A stretch of DNA of 64,000 nt, taken from assembly GCA_964012805.1 (NCBI GenBank), contig CAXGUD010000014.1, positions 1-64,000 of the forward strand. The letters run 5' to 3'. The translations under genes and the position numbers were made by a program. Each line of letters opens with the position of its first letter. Position 1 is the first letter of the stretch. The notes beneath the pieces are model-generated. The model saw nothing but the letters and a program-made list of their open reading frames with translations. It was not told where the DNA came from and searched no databases. Below, one piece after another: positions 1 to 8,323 of this stretch. This DNA comes from an uncultured Bacteriovoracaceae bacterium. GTDB lineage: Bacteria; Bdellovibrionota; Bacteriovoracia; Bacteriovoracales; Bacteriovoracaceae.

Positions 1-1465
1 AATTAGATCTGACTTTTAAAAGGTCTTTCTTATTTTTCAAGCTTAGCTTTTCTTTTCGAAAAATAGAAATTTCATTGAGTAATAGATTAATATATTTAAC
101 TTGTTCTTTATTTTTTAATTTCGCACCTTTTGCTTTCAAAATTATTTTAATTTTTTCCCTAGTCTTTGGATTAAGAATTCCCCTTATTTTTTTTATTTTT
201 TCGTCTACTTTTAACATCTTCATTTTTATTCGAACGAACATAGAATCCTTTAAATGGTATTTTTCTTTCTGTTTTAAATATTCAATATTTAATGATTGGT
301 TCATCTCATAATGAAAATTTAAAAGCTCTAGAAATGCCTGATTTAGGGCAATCCTCTTTTTTCCATCCAACCCTAACCGATCATTTATTTTTATTTTTTT
401 TATTGAATTTAAATTTTGATTTTTTATTTCTTTTAAGAGCTTCTCAAAATTGTAGTTTAAATTAACTACTTCAAATATTGATGATATTTCATCCTTACTT
501 ATAATCTTATTTTTTTTACTCTTATCTTCTAAGTATGATAAAAGAGAAAGTGAATTTTCTTGAATTTTAATAAAAAGGGGAGTCAATAAATCAAAGTGAC
601 AAAATTCTTTTCTGAAATTATTTTTAATTTTTTGACAATTTAAAAAAGCTTTTCGGGCAAATGATATACCCAATTCCAATATATAAGAATCTTCCCTTAG
701 AGAGGATATTCCATCTAAACTTTCCAGAGGAATGAAAATAGGATAATTCTCATTTTTTTTTGTCTTTCTTTTAATTTTATTTTTTTTTGAACTTGTATTT
801 GATAAAAAATATTTATCCAAATTTAAAAGAGCCTGGTCTTGATTCAACCAATTTTTATTATTTTTTAATAATTTTATAGCCTTTTTTTTAGCTAACTTAA
901 CTTCTTCAAGAAATTCCTCATTTTTAAAGTTGTGCTTTATTTTTTTAACGTTATCAAAATAAAAAGATATTTCCTTTTCTAAACTTGGGAAATTTTCCTC
1001 TATCTCTTCCTGTCTTTTTTTTATATAAATAAGAATTTTTTCACTTTCATTAAAAACCCTTTTTAAGTTTAAAAAAATTAATAGTCTTCTTAAAGAGTTT
1101 GGACTTGATTCGTTTGTTTCATTTTTCAATTTTTTTATATCTCTTTTAATATAAGAGAATATCTTTAATTGATGTTGATGTAGATCATACCCTAGCTCTA
1201 AACTTTTCTTAATGTTTTCCTCCGAAATACCTTTTTTATTACCTAAACCAATTTCGTTCTTAGTTAATAGTGTTTTTATAATTTTTTGTTTTAATGAAAT
1301 TTTTTTAAGGTTTTTTATAACTCTTTTTTTATATAAACTTTCATCAAATTTAGGTGCATTCCCCAAAAGAGAACAAGATAAAGCAAGAAAAATAATGAGA
1401 GTAAAGGTAAAACTTAAACGCAAAAACCGACAAAACATGTTGGTTTTAATGAATCCTAAATCCAT
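1..1465 (-). CDS. Large Lys-rich putative lipoprotein, truncated by the window edge (more than 488 aa); absent from the ORF track
   Basis: Manual translation from ATG 1465 gives MDLGFIKTNMFCRFLRLSFTFTLIIFLALSC-SLLGNAPK, a hydrophobic stretch plus a lipobox-like LALSC. GGGAAG lies upstream. The frame was open in every segment checked (1465-1070, 720-600, 60-1). Confidence 0.75.
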   Translation of the reverse strand, partial: MDLGFIKTNMFCRFLRLSFTFTLIIFLALSCSLLGNAPKFDESLYKKRVIKNLKKISLKQKIIKTLLTKNEIGLGNKKGISEENIKKSLELGYDLHQHQLKIFSYIKRDIKKLKNETNESSPNSLRRLLIFLNLKRVFNESEKILIYIKKRQEEIEENFPSLEKEISFYFDNVKKIKHNFKNEEFLEEVKLAKKKAIKLLKNNKNWLNQDQALLNLDKYFLSNTSSKKNKIKRKTKKNENYPIFIPLESLDGISSLREDSYILELGISFARKAFLNCQKIKNNFRKEFCHFDLLTPLFIKIQENSLSLLSYLEDKSKKNKIISKDEISSIFEVVNLNYNFEKLLKEIKNQNLNSIKKIKINDRLGLDGKKRIALNQAFLELLNFHYEMNQSLNIEYLKQKEKYHLKDSMFVRIKMKMLKVDEKIKKIRGILNPKTREKIKIILKAKGAKLKNKEQVKYINLLLNEISIFRKEKLSLKNKKDLLKVRSN

Positions 1466-1561
1466 CAATAACTTCCCTGAAACGTTTTTAATATTTTATT
1501 TTTTTACTTTCTTTAAATAAATTTAGTCACTTTTTAAAGAATAAGTAATATAAATAACTAT

Positions 1562-4267
1562 ATGACAAATTTAAAAATTCTTCATCAACACGGACTTTCT
1601 TTCAAAAAAGTAAGCATTTTTACTTTAATTATATCATTCATATTCCTGAAATCACTCTCAATAAGCTTCAGCCAGGTCGTCCCAAATAATGAAGAATATC
1701 TTCAAGAAAAATTTTTAAATGATTCTATCAACGTTATATACTCACATCACTACAAGCATATCATTCCAAGAGTAAAGGAAAAAATATCAATTCTTACTCA
1801 CCTGTTCGAGCGAGACTTCAACTGGAAACTAGACGATGAAGTATCTCTAATTCTCGCTTCTCCATCAAACCAAATTAGTAATGGATATGCGACTCCTTAC
1901 CCTTACCTAAAAACGACTTTTTACCCCGGTGGTTTATTATTTCAAGATTCATTTGCCATTAAGTCCTGGCTAGATACACTTTTAATTCATGAATTTATTC
2001 ATTTATACCAAATATCAATAAAAAAGACCCCCTCTAAAATCAACAAGACCATTTTTAATAATAATCCCTTTCCTGTCTTTCCTCTTTTTGCATGGACTTT
2101 TCCTAATTCTTATCTTCCAACATGGATTTTAGAAGGCAATGCCGTTTATAATGAATCACGTTTTAAAAATGGAGGTCGTCTTTACAGTGGAGAAAGCCTT
2201 GCCCTTTTTAATAGTCTCATAAAAAGTAATAAAGTATCGGCTAGTTGGCTCATAAACCATCACTTAGAATTTCCATTTGGTAGAGAGAAATACATAGTTG
2301 GGGGATACTTTTCTTGGTACCTTTCCAAATACTTAGGTTCAAAAAAAGTAAATAAAATATTTGATATTCATAGTTATAATGCTTGGAATCCATTTGTTAT
2401 TAATAAAACATTTCAACTTCATTATGGGAAAGATTATTACCAACTCATCGAAGACTTTGTTAAGGACTCGCAAAAGAAGGCCCAAAAATTTACAGAATCT
2501 AAGGCACCGATTTTATTAAAAAGTGTTACAATGCCTAAATTTAAAATGAAAAATGACAGCGTTGTCTTTTTAATTTCAAAAGATCAAAAGTCTCCTCTTA
2601 ATATAATTGATTATAATATTAAAAATAAAAATATAACAAAATCCCAAACGACTTTAAAAGCTGGTCAAATATTTGAAGGCAATAATGGTAAATTCTTTAG
2701 TGCTCATTCGTCCATTTATCAAAAAAGACATTACCACTTTGGATTATGGGATCAAAACCAAAATATTTATCCACATACCCTTAACAAAATCGTGACAGAT
2801 AAATTGAAAGATGACCTTTTATATTTCAAAGAAAAGAATTCTTTCCAAGATCCAATATTATATTCAAGTCATAAAAAGATCGGCATATGTCATTCAAAAG
2901 GTATTTTTGATAAGAAAAAAAATGTATATTGCTTCCGTCAAAAGAATACTAAAAGATACCTTCTAAAAAATAATGAACCTCTTTTTTATTTTGATGGATA
3001 TTATGGGAAATTAGTAGGAGCTGGAGATGACAGAGTTACATTTATAAGTTCAAGTAAATTAGGTTCAACCCTTTATGAATTTACGATGAAAAAAAAAATA
3101 ATTAAAAGGGTTCACTCCTCTGATGCTATTGTAGAAGCCGTTGCTCTTTCCAAAGAGGAATATCTAATAGCAGAAGTTAAGTCAGATGGTTATCATATAA
3201 AAAGAATCACAAAAAACCTTAACCGTGAAACACAGCCTTATTTTGAAAAAGTTGGGCCAAAGTATGATTTTGTCCATAAACCAAGTCCTATTGAGAAAAA
3301 GGAATTTAAAGAAAATAAATCATCTCCAAAAAAGTATAGACCTTTGAAAGCTATTCGATATAGTTCACTCCAACTTCAAACGGCAGCAAATTTATTCTAC
3401 TTAAACACCTATTGGGTTGACCCACTTGATTTCTACACCTTAAACATATCTTACAAAGGTGAGGGTCTCAATCCAGTCTACAGCGCCACTAAACATACAT
3501 TAGAAAGCATATTTGAATCAAGAAAAAGCCTATGGAACTGGTCTTTAATAATTCTTTTAAGCAAGATAACAAATAAAAATAAATTATCTCAGTCCATTTA
3601 CGAAAACAAACAAACTTTAGCACTCCAAACAAGTTATCCTCTTTTAAGTAGTAGCTTTACTAAACTATCTCTCATAAACCTTTTGGAGTCAGAGTTTGAT
3701 TTAAAATCCAAAACCTTAGGACTTGGGCTTTCATATTTAAAAAAGAGATCATTTCCCATGTCTTATTTTCCATTCAATGAACTCATGGGGAAAATATTCT
3801 TTAAAGAAAATTTATCGACTAACGAAAGTTTTTTAAATGTAAATGGTTATTTTTCAAATGATCTCGGAAATGAAAGTTTTGTTTCCTTTGAAACAGATTT
3901 TTCCAAGACGAGTCTTAATGAAATCGCTCTTTCCGGACTACAAAATGTCATTCCATTTCCGAATATGAATTTAAGTCAAAATACCCCCAAATTGAGTTCT
4001 CTTCGATTGAGTCTTGAAACCAAAAAAGTCATTAACAGTTCTTTTTACTTTGATGTTTTTCCGATATCAATGAGAAGGTCTGCACTTTCATTGCTCTACC
4101 ATAATTTCATTGGGAAATATTCTAATATAACTAATCCTAAAATTTTAGGCATTAACTATAACATAGAGGGTCTTATTTTACATTCGAATGTAATAAGGCT
4201 TAATTTGTCTTTTTTCAGAAATTTAAGTGAAAAGTCTTACTCCTATGGTCTAAGTTTAAACCTTTAA
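1562..4267 (+). CDS. Secreted or outer-membrane protein with N-terminal gluzincin (peptidase MA-like) domain, probable beta-propeller and beta-rich C-terminus
   Basis: Signal-like N-terminus; LLIHEFIHL (HExxH) plus downstream WILEGNAVYNE; alternating beta-strand pattern in the C-terminal third, ending YSYGLSLNL. Confidence 0.6.
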   Translation: MTNLKILHQHGLSFKKVSIFTLIISFIFLKSLSISFSQVVPNNEEYLQEKFLNDSINVIYSHHYKHIIPRVKEKISILTHLFERDFNWKLDDEVSLILASPSNQISNGYATPYPYLKTTFYPGGLLFQDSFAIKSWLDTLLIHEFIHLYQISIKKTPSKINKTIFNNNPFPVFPLFAWTFPNSYLPTWILEGNAVYNESRFKNGGRLYSGESLALFNSLIKSNKVSASWLINHHLEFPFGREKYIVGGYFSWYLSKYLGSKKVNKIFDIHSYNAWNPFVINKTFQLHYGKDYYQLIEDFVKDSQKKAQKFTESKAPILLKSVTMPKFKMKNDSVVFLISKDQKSPLNIIDYNIKNKNITKSQTTLKAGQIFEGNNGKFFSAHSSIYQKRHYHFGLWDQNQNIYPHTLNKIVTDKLKDDLLYFKEKNSFQDPILYSSHKKIGICHSKGIFDKKKNVYCFRQKNTKRYLLKNNEPLFYFDGYYGKLVGAGDDRVTFISSSKLGSTLYEFTMKKKIIKRVHSSDAIVEAVALSKEEYLIAEVKSDGYHIKRITKNLNRETQPYFEKVGPKYDFVHKPSPIEKKEFKENKSSPKKYRPLKAIRYSSLQLQTAANLFYLNTYWVDPLDFYTLNISYKGEGLNPVYSATKHTLESIFESRKSLWNWSLIILLSKITNKNKLSQSIYENKQTLALQTSYPLLSSSFTKLSLINLLESEFDLKSKTLGLGLSYLKKRSFPMSYFPFNELMGKIFFKENLSTNESFLNVNGYFSNDLGNESFVSFETDFSKTSLNEIALSGLQNVIPFPNMNLSQNTPKLSSLRLSLETKKVINSSFYFDVFPISMRRSALSLLYHNFIGKYSNITNPKILGINYNIEGLILHSNVIRLNLSFFRNLSEKSYSYGLSLNL

Positions 4268-4331
4268 AAAAAAATTATTAAAATGTACTAGTCGATTTTT
4301 TTTCCTCTAAAATTATTCTAGTCCTTTAGCC

Positions 4332-4358
4332 TCATTCTATTTTTATAAAACCCGATCT
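4332..4358 (+). promoter_or_regulatory. Sigma-28/FliA-like promoter upstream of dodecin
   Basis: TCAT-N15-CCCGATCT. Confidence 0.4.
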
Positions 4359-4393
4359 TAATCGAACACCAATTTAGAGAGGAGATTCGAAAT

Positions 4394-4606
4394 ATGCCTG
4401 ATAAAACTTATAAAAAAATAGAAATAGTAGGTGTTTCAGATGAGTCCATTGAAAAAGCAATCGAAAATGCGCATACAAAAGCAAGTCAATCAATTCACAA
4501 CCTTCGCTGGTTTGAGGTTCAAGAAATTAGAGGAAATTTTGTAGAACTTGATAAACCCCTCTACCAAGTTACACTGAAAGTTGGATTCAGATTGGATGAA
4601 AATTAA
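4394..4606 (+). CDS. Dodecin family flavin-binding protein
   Basis: 70 aa; YKKIEIVGVS..SIE.AI..A...A..SI.NLRWFEVQEIRG..YQVTLKVGFRL signature; strong GAGGAG RBS. Confidence 0.93.
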   Translation: MPDKTYKKIEIVGVSDESIEKAIENAHTKASQSIHNLRWFEVQEIRGNFVELDKPLYQVTLKVGFRLDEN

Positions 4607-4618
4607 TTTATTTAACTT

Positions 4619-4646
4619 AGGGGGGCTATAAAAATAGGCCCCCTTC
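4619..4646 (+). terminator. GC-rich hairpin after dodecin
   Basis: AGGGGG(G)CTAT-AAAA-ATAG(G)CCCCCT, one mismatch and a short T tail. Confidence 0.4.
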
Positions 4647-4663
4647 TATCCGTAGGAGTTATC

Positions 4664-5038
4664 GTGGCCAAGACTTTTCTTGTAGTTGATGATGAAGTTA
4701 GAATTGGCGAAATCTTAGAAGATTTAATACATGATACTTTTGGAGAAGATTCAAAAGTACTTAAGGCCTTAAATGGAAAAGACGCACTTGCCCAGTTTGG
4801 CGCTGAAAAACATGTTGACCTAATATTTTTGGACATAATTATGCCTGAAATTAACGGTATAAAATTTATTGAAACACTAAGGACAGAAATGGGGAGTAAC
4901 ACACCTGTTTTAGTTGTTAGCGCTAGTGTTGAGGAAGCTCAAGAAAAAACATCCAAATACACTAATGTTTCTTACATTTCAAAGCCAATAATGAAAGAAG
5001 AGTTCGATCAAAAGGTTATGGAAATTTTTAAAGCCTAA
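4664..5038 (+). CDS. Single-domain response regulator (receiver)
   Basis: LVVDDE, LIFLDIIMP, VVSAS and ISKP motifs. Confidence 0.92.
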   Translation: MAKTFLVVDDEVRIGEILEDLIHDTFGEDSKVLKALNGKDALAQFGAEKHVDLIFLDIIMPEINGIKFIETLRTEMGSNTPVLVVSASVEEAQEKTSKYTNVSYISKPIMKEEFDQKVMEIFKA

Positions 5039-5118
5039 AAAGTAGGTCAAAAATATTATTTGATCAACTAAAAAAGGTTTATTTTTCCACAGATATAAAT
5101 TCTCTTATGCTTTTTACT

Positions 5119-5145
5119 TAAGATTATCTTTCTTTAATCCGACAT
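5119..5145 (+). promoter_or_regulatory. Sigma-28/FliA-like promoter
   Basis: TAAG-N15-TCCGACAT, about 47 nt before ATG 5193. Confidence 0.55.
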
Positions 5146-5192
5146 AAAGATTAGGTTTTATTGGAAAATAATGAATTAAAGAGGGAATAGTT

Positions 5193-5654
5193 ATGTCCAA
5201 ACTCCTAAGGCAAATTGTTACAAGTGGTACAAAGACAAAGAGTGGTAAGAAAAAGACCATTAGGATCGCTTTAGATATTGAATACTATGAAAAAATTGAG
5301 CTTTTCTGCGAAAGGTATAATAGAAAACTTAATGAAACGTTAAAGGGTGTTTTAGAAGAGTTTGTTGATGAAATAGAAAAGAATGACCCCCTATACCATA
5401 CCATTATTAAAAAAAGTGGTTCTAATGATTCTTATCAAGAAAACTCTGTGGCCCCAAGCTCAAAACAAAATTCAAATAAAAAAGCAGCTGTTAAAACCCC
5501 AGAAATCAAAACTGAAACAAAATCAGTGCCAAAACAAGAATCAAAGCCAGTGGTAAAGTCAGAATCAAAACCAGAGTCGAATCAAGAATCAAAGTCAGAA
5601 AAAAAGCCTGAAAAAAGTTTATCTACGATACTTTTGGAAACTGTCAAAAAGTAG
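5193..5654 (+). CDS. Hypothetical protein; possible ribbon-helix-helix N-domain plus disordered ESKP-repeat tail
   Basis: KKTIRIALDIEYYEKIELFCERYNRKLNETLKGVLEEFV resembles an RHH strand-helix-helix; low-complexity K/E/S/P tail; GAGGG RBS. Confidence 0.55.
   Translation: MSKLLRQIVTSGTKTKSGKKKTIRIALDIEYYEKIELFCERYNRKLNETLKGVLEEFVDEIEKNDPLYHTIIKKSGSNDSYQENSVAPSSKQNSNKKAAVKTPEIKTETKSVPKQESKPVVKSESKPESNQESKSEKKPEKSLSTILLETVKK
5508..5615 (+). repeat. Degenerate 24-nt (8-aa) coding tandem repeat
   Basis: KTETKSVP/KQESKPVV/KSESKPES/NQESKSEK; recurring GAATCAAA. Confidence 0.6.
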
Positions 5655-5860
5655 GCAGTCCAATAAGTACCTTTTACTCTTAATTTTTTAAAATGAAAGG
5701 TTAAATTTACTCTCCTCGTCGAGTAAATTTACTATAACCTCAAGCAAAAGCATGGCGTTATTTTTAAAAAAAACCTCATCTGCACTGTAAAACAAAATAT
5801 CGCGAAGCATTACTTTTCATTTTTCTTGAACTTTAGACTAATTTTTTTTAGACCATACTC

Positions 5861-8083
5861 ATGAGAACAATATTCTATGATTACCTAAATCATTTCTCAG
5901 AACTCTCCTTGTTTAAACGCGAAGAAGAAACCTTCTCTTATGCTTTTTTCAAAACTAAGGTTGATGAAAAAGAAAAGGAGTTTTTGAAATCTGGAATTAA
6001 GGAAAATGACCTTGTTGGAATAAAAATTAAAGATCCAATAGAGTTTTTTTCATCCCTTTTTGCTCTTTTGAAAATGAAAGCACTTGCTATTCCTTTTTCT
6101 GACAAAATGCCGGAAGAAAATATCCTAAACTGGTCCGACGAGCTTCAACTCAATTTCTTGATTAAAATCCCAAAAAGGTTTGAAAGGAAAGAAACTGGAC
6201 CCACACTTTGCAATAAATTAAATAATCGAGGCAACCAAAGTATACAAGGTCCAGGAGTTGTCATTTTAACATCAGGTAGCTCTGGAAAACCAAAGGGAGT
6301 TTTATTAAAAGAACAAAGCCTCTTTTATAGCGCTCTTGGTACAAACCAATTTTATAATTTTCAATCTGAAGACCGGTGGGGTCTAACCCTTCCTCACCAC
6401 CATATAGCAGGATTAATGATACCTCTTAGATGCCTATTAAAAGGTGGCTCCGTTATTCTAAATGATACGAATCAACCATTACCATTATTTATTAAAGAAA
6501 CAAAACCAACATATCTTTCGTTAGTACCCCATCAATTAAAAGAAATTATAAACTTTATTTCAGATAATGAAGATAATGAAAAAGAAAAAACTATATACCC
6601 CTCTCTTAGAGCAGTCTTAGTTGGTGGTGCTTTTCTTAGCCTTCAACTTAAAAAGATTGCAAGACAGAAGAAAATCCCTTTATCACCAACTTTTGGATTG
6701 TCTGAAATGAGTTCCCAAGTTACTGCACAAAGTCCTCAAGATTTTTTAAAAGAGCCACCATCTAATCACATCGGCAGTCTTCTTCCATATAGAGAAATGA
6801 CTGTTGATAAAGATCAAAGGATACTCCTAGGGGGCAAAACCATTTTTTCCGGTTATCTCTCAAAAAAAGAATTTCATTCTCTTTGTTTTTCAGAAAGTGC
6901 ACCGAATCTTTGGCAAAGCCAAGATAAAGGCTTCCTTGATCAAAACTCCAAACTTGTACTTACTGGGCGTCAGGATAAAGTTTTTATTTCTGGAGGAGAA
7001 AATATTAATCCCTTTGAAATAGAAAAAGTTCTCATGGAGCATGAGGGGATAGACTCGGCAATAATTATTCCTGTCCCTCACGTAAAATATGGACAAGTTC
7101 CTTTTGCATTTTTTGAATCCAAAAAAGAAGTTTCAAACCATGTGCTTGATTCCTATTGCCGAAAAAAGTTACACCCTTTCAAAATTCCATATGGATATGC
7201 ACCTTTAAAGAAGATCTCTTCAGCCTCCATTAAGCCATCAAAGGAAGAGCTTTCACTTATTGCCAAACAAGAAATTACTAAACAAAATATTTTTTTTAAA
7301 ACATCAGGTAACCCTGAAAACCCTCTTTTAATTTTCATTCACGGGTTTATGGGTTCTCATCGCGATTGGGATTATTTTATTTCAAAGATTAAGAAAAAAT
7401 ATTATTGCGTTTCACTAGACCTTCCAGGTCATGGAAAAACACCTCTTTCCTTGAAATCCTTTGAGGAACTTTCGTTTCAAATAAAAAACCTCATTCAACT
7501 TCTGAATAAAAGTAATTGTTATCTTATCGGTTATTCACTTGGAGGAAGGATTGCTTTAGATTTTTTCAAAAGGTACCCTGATTTAATCTCAGGAATTATC
7601 CTTGAGTCATGCCACCCAGGCTTAAAAGATGCTAAGGAAAAAAAGCAGAGGATCAAATCCGATGAAAAACTCTTTTCTCATTTTTCTAACCCAGATAAAG
7701 AAAGCTTTTTTAACTTTTTAAATAGGTGGTATCAACTCCCTTTATTTGGAAGCATCTCAAATCATAAAAGTTTTGGAAAACTTTTAGAAAAACGGATGGA
7801 AAATAATCCCATAAAATTAAAATCCTTTGCTCAATATTTCAGCCTGGGAAAACAGGATTACTTTTTTCCAACAATTTATAAAAGCAAAATACCAATTCTC
7901 TATATTACGGGCGACCAAGACGAGAAATATACAAAAATCGGGAAAAACCTCTCTAGCAAATCTAAATCACTAAATCACTTTATTATTAAAGACACGTCTC
8001 ATAACACCCACTTTGAAAAGCCTCTCGATTTTAAAAAGCTGATGCTTGACTTTTTAGACCGCTTAAATCAAGACAAACTCTAA
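5861..8083 (+). CDS. menE: Fused o-succinylbenzoate-CoA ligase (MenE) and SHCHC synthase (MenH)
   Basis: Adenylation motifs ILTSGSSGKPKG, FGLSEM and GRQDKVFISGGENINP; C-terminal alpha/beta hydrolase with FIHGFMG, GYSLGGR, RWYQLPLF and HNTH as in MenH. Confidence 0.85.
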   Translation: MRTIFYDYLNHFSELSLFKREEETFSYAFFKTKVDEKEKEFLKSGIKENDLVGIKIKDPIEFFSSLFALLKMKALAIPFSDKMPEENILNWSDELQLNFLIKIPKRFERKETGPTLCNKLNNRGNQSIQGPGVVILTSGSSGKPKGVLLKEQSLFYSALGTNQFYNFQSEDRWGLTLPHHHIAGLMIPLRCLLKGGSVILNDTNQPLPLFIKETKPTYLSLVPHQLKEIINFISDNEDNEKEKTIYPSLRAVLVGGAFLSLQLKKIARQKKIPLSPTFGLSEMSSQVTAQSPQDFLKEPPSNHIGSLLPYREMTVDKDQRILLGGKTIFSGYLSKKEFHSLCFSESAPNLWQSQDKGFLDQNSKLVLTGRQDKVFISGGENINPFEIEKVLMEHEGIDSAIIIPVPHVKYGQVPFAFFESKKEVSNHVLDSYCRKKLHPFKIPYGYAPLKKISSASIKPSKEELSLIAKQEITKQNIFFKTSGNPENPLLIFIHGFMGSHRDWDYFISKIKKKYYCVSLDLPGHGKTPLSLKSFEELSFQIKNLIQLLNKSNCYLIGYSLGGRIALDFFKRYPDLISGIILESCHPGLKDAKEKKQRIKSDEKLFSHFSNPDKESFFNFLNRWYQLPLFGSISNHKSFGKLLEKRMENNPIKLKSFAQYFSLGKQDYFFPTIYKSKIPILYITGDQDEKYTKIGKNLSSKSKSLNHFIIKDTSHNTHFEKPLDFKKLMLDFLDRLNQDKL

Positions 8084-8246
8084 AGTCTTTAAAATAATTC
8101 GTTAAACGCCAAAAGATTGAGTCTCCCAGTATTCAACCCAATTTATTGACAAAAATTAAAATTTACATGCTTCTTTCATTACTTAGAAGAGTTTAAATAC
8201 CTTTCTCGAACCTTTTAATTAAACTGACGACAATTTAAATTTATAA

Positions 8247-8273
8247 TTAAATAAGTTCTTTTTTTGTCGAAAA
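8247..8273 (+). promoter_or_regulatory. Sigma-28/FliA-like promoter
   Basis: TTAA-N15-GTCGAAAA. Confidence 0.45.
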
Positions 8274-8323
8274 GACATTAGGAAGACACTAAGTTCAGTA
8301 AATGAATTATATGGAGCTACCTT

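Noticed and set aside
75..1520. Plus-strand ORFs 75-311 and 1212-1520
   Set aside because: Phe/Ile-rich shadows of the long minus-strand Lys-rich ORF.
3089..3098. Poly-A tract as a phase-variation switch
   Set aside because: Runs of 8-10 A/T are frequent in this AT-rich sequence and the gene is in frame.
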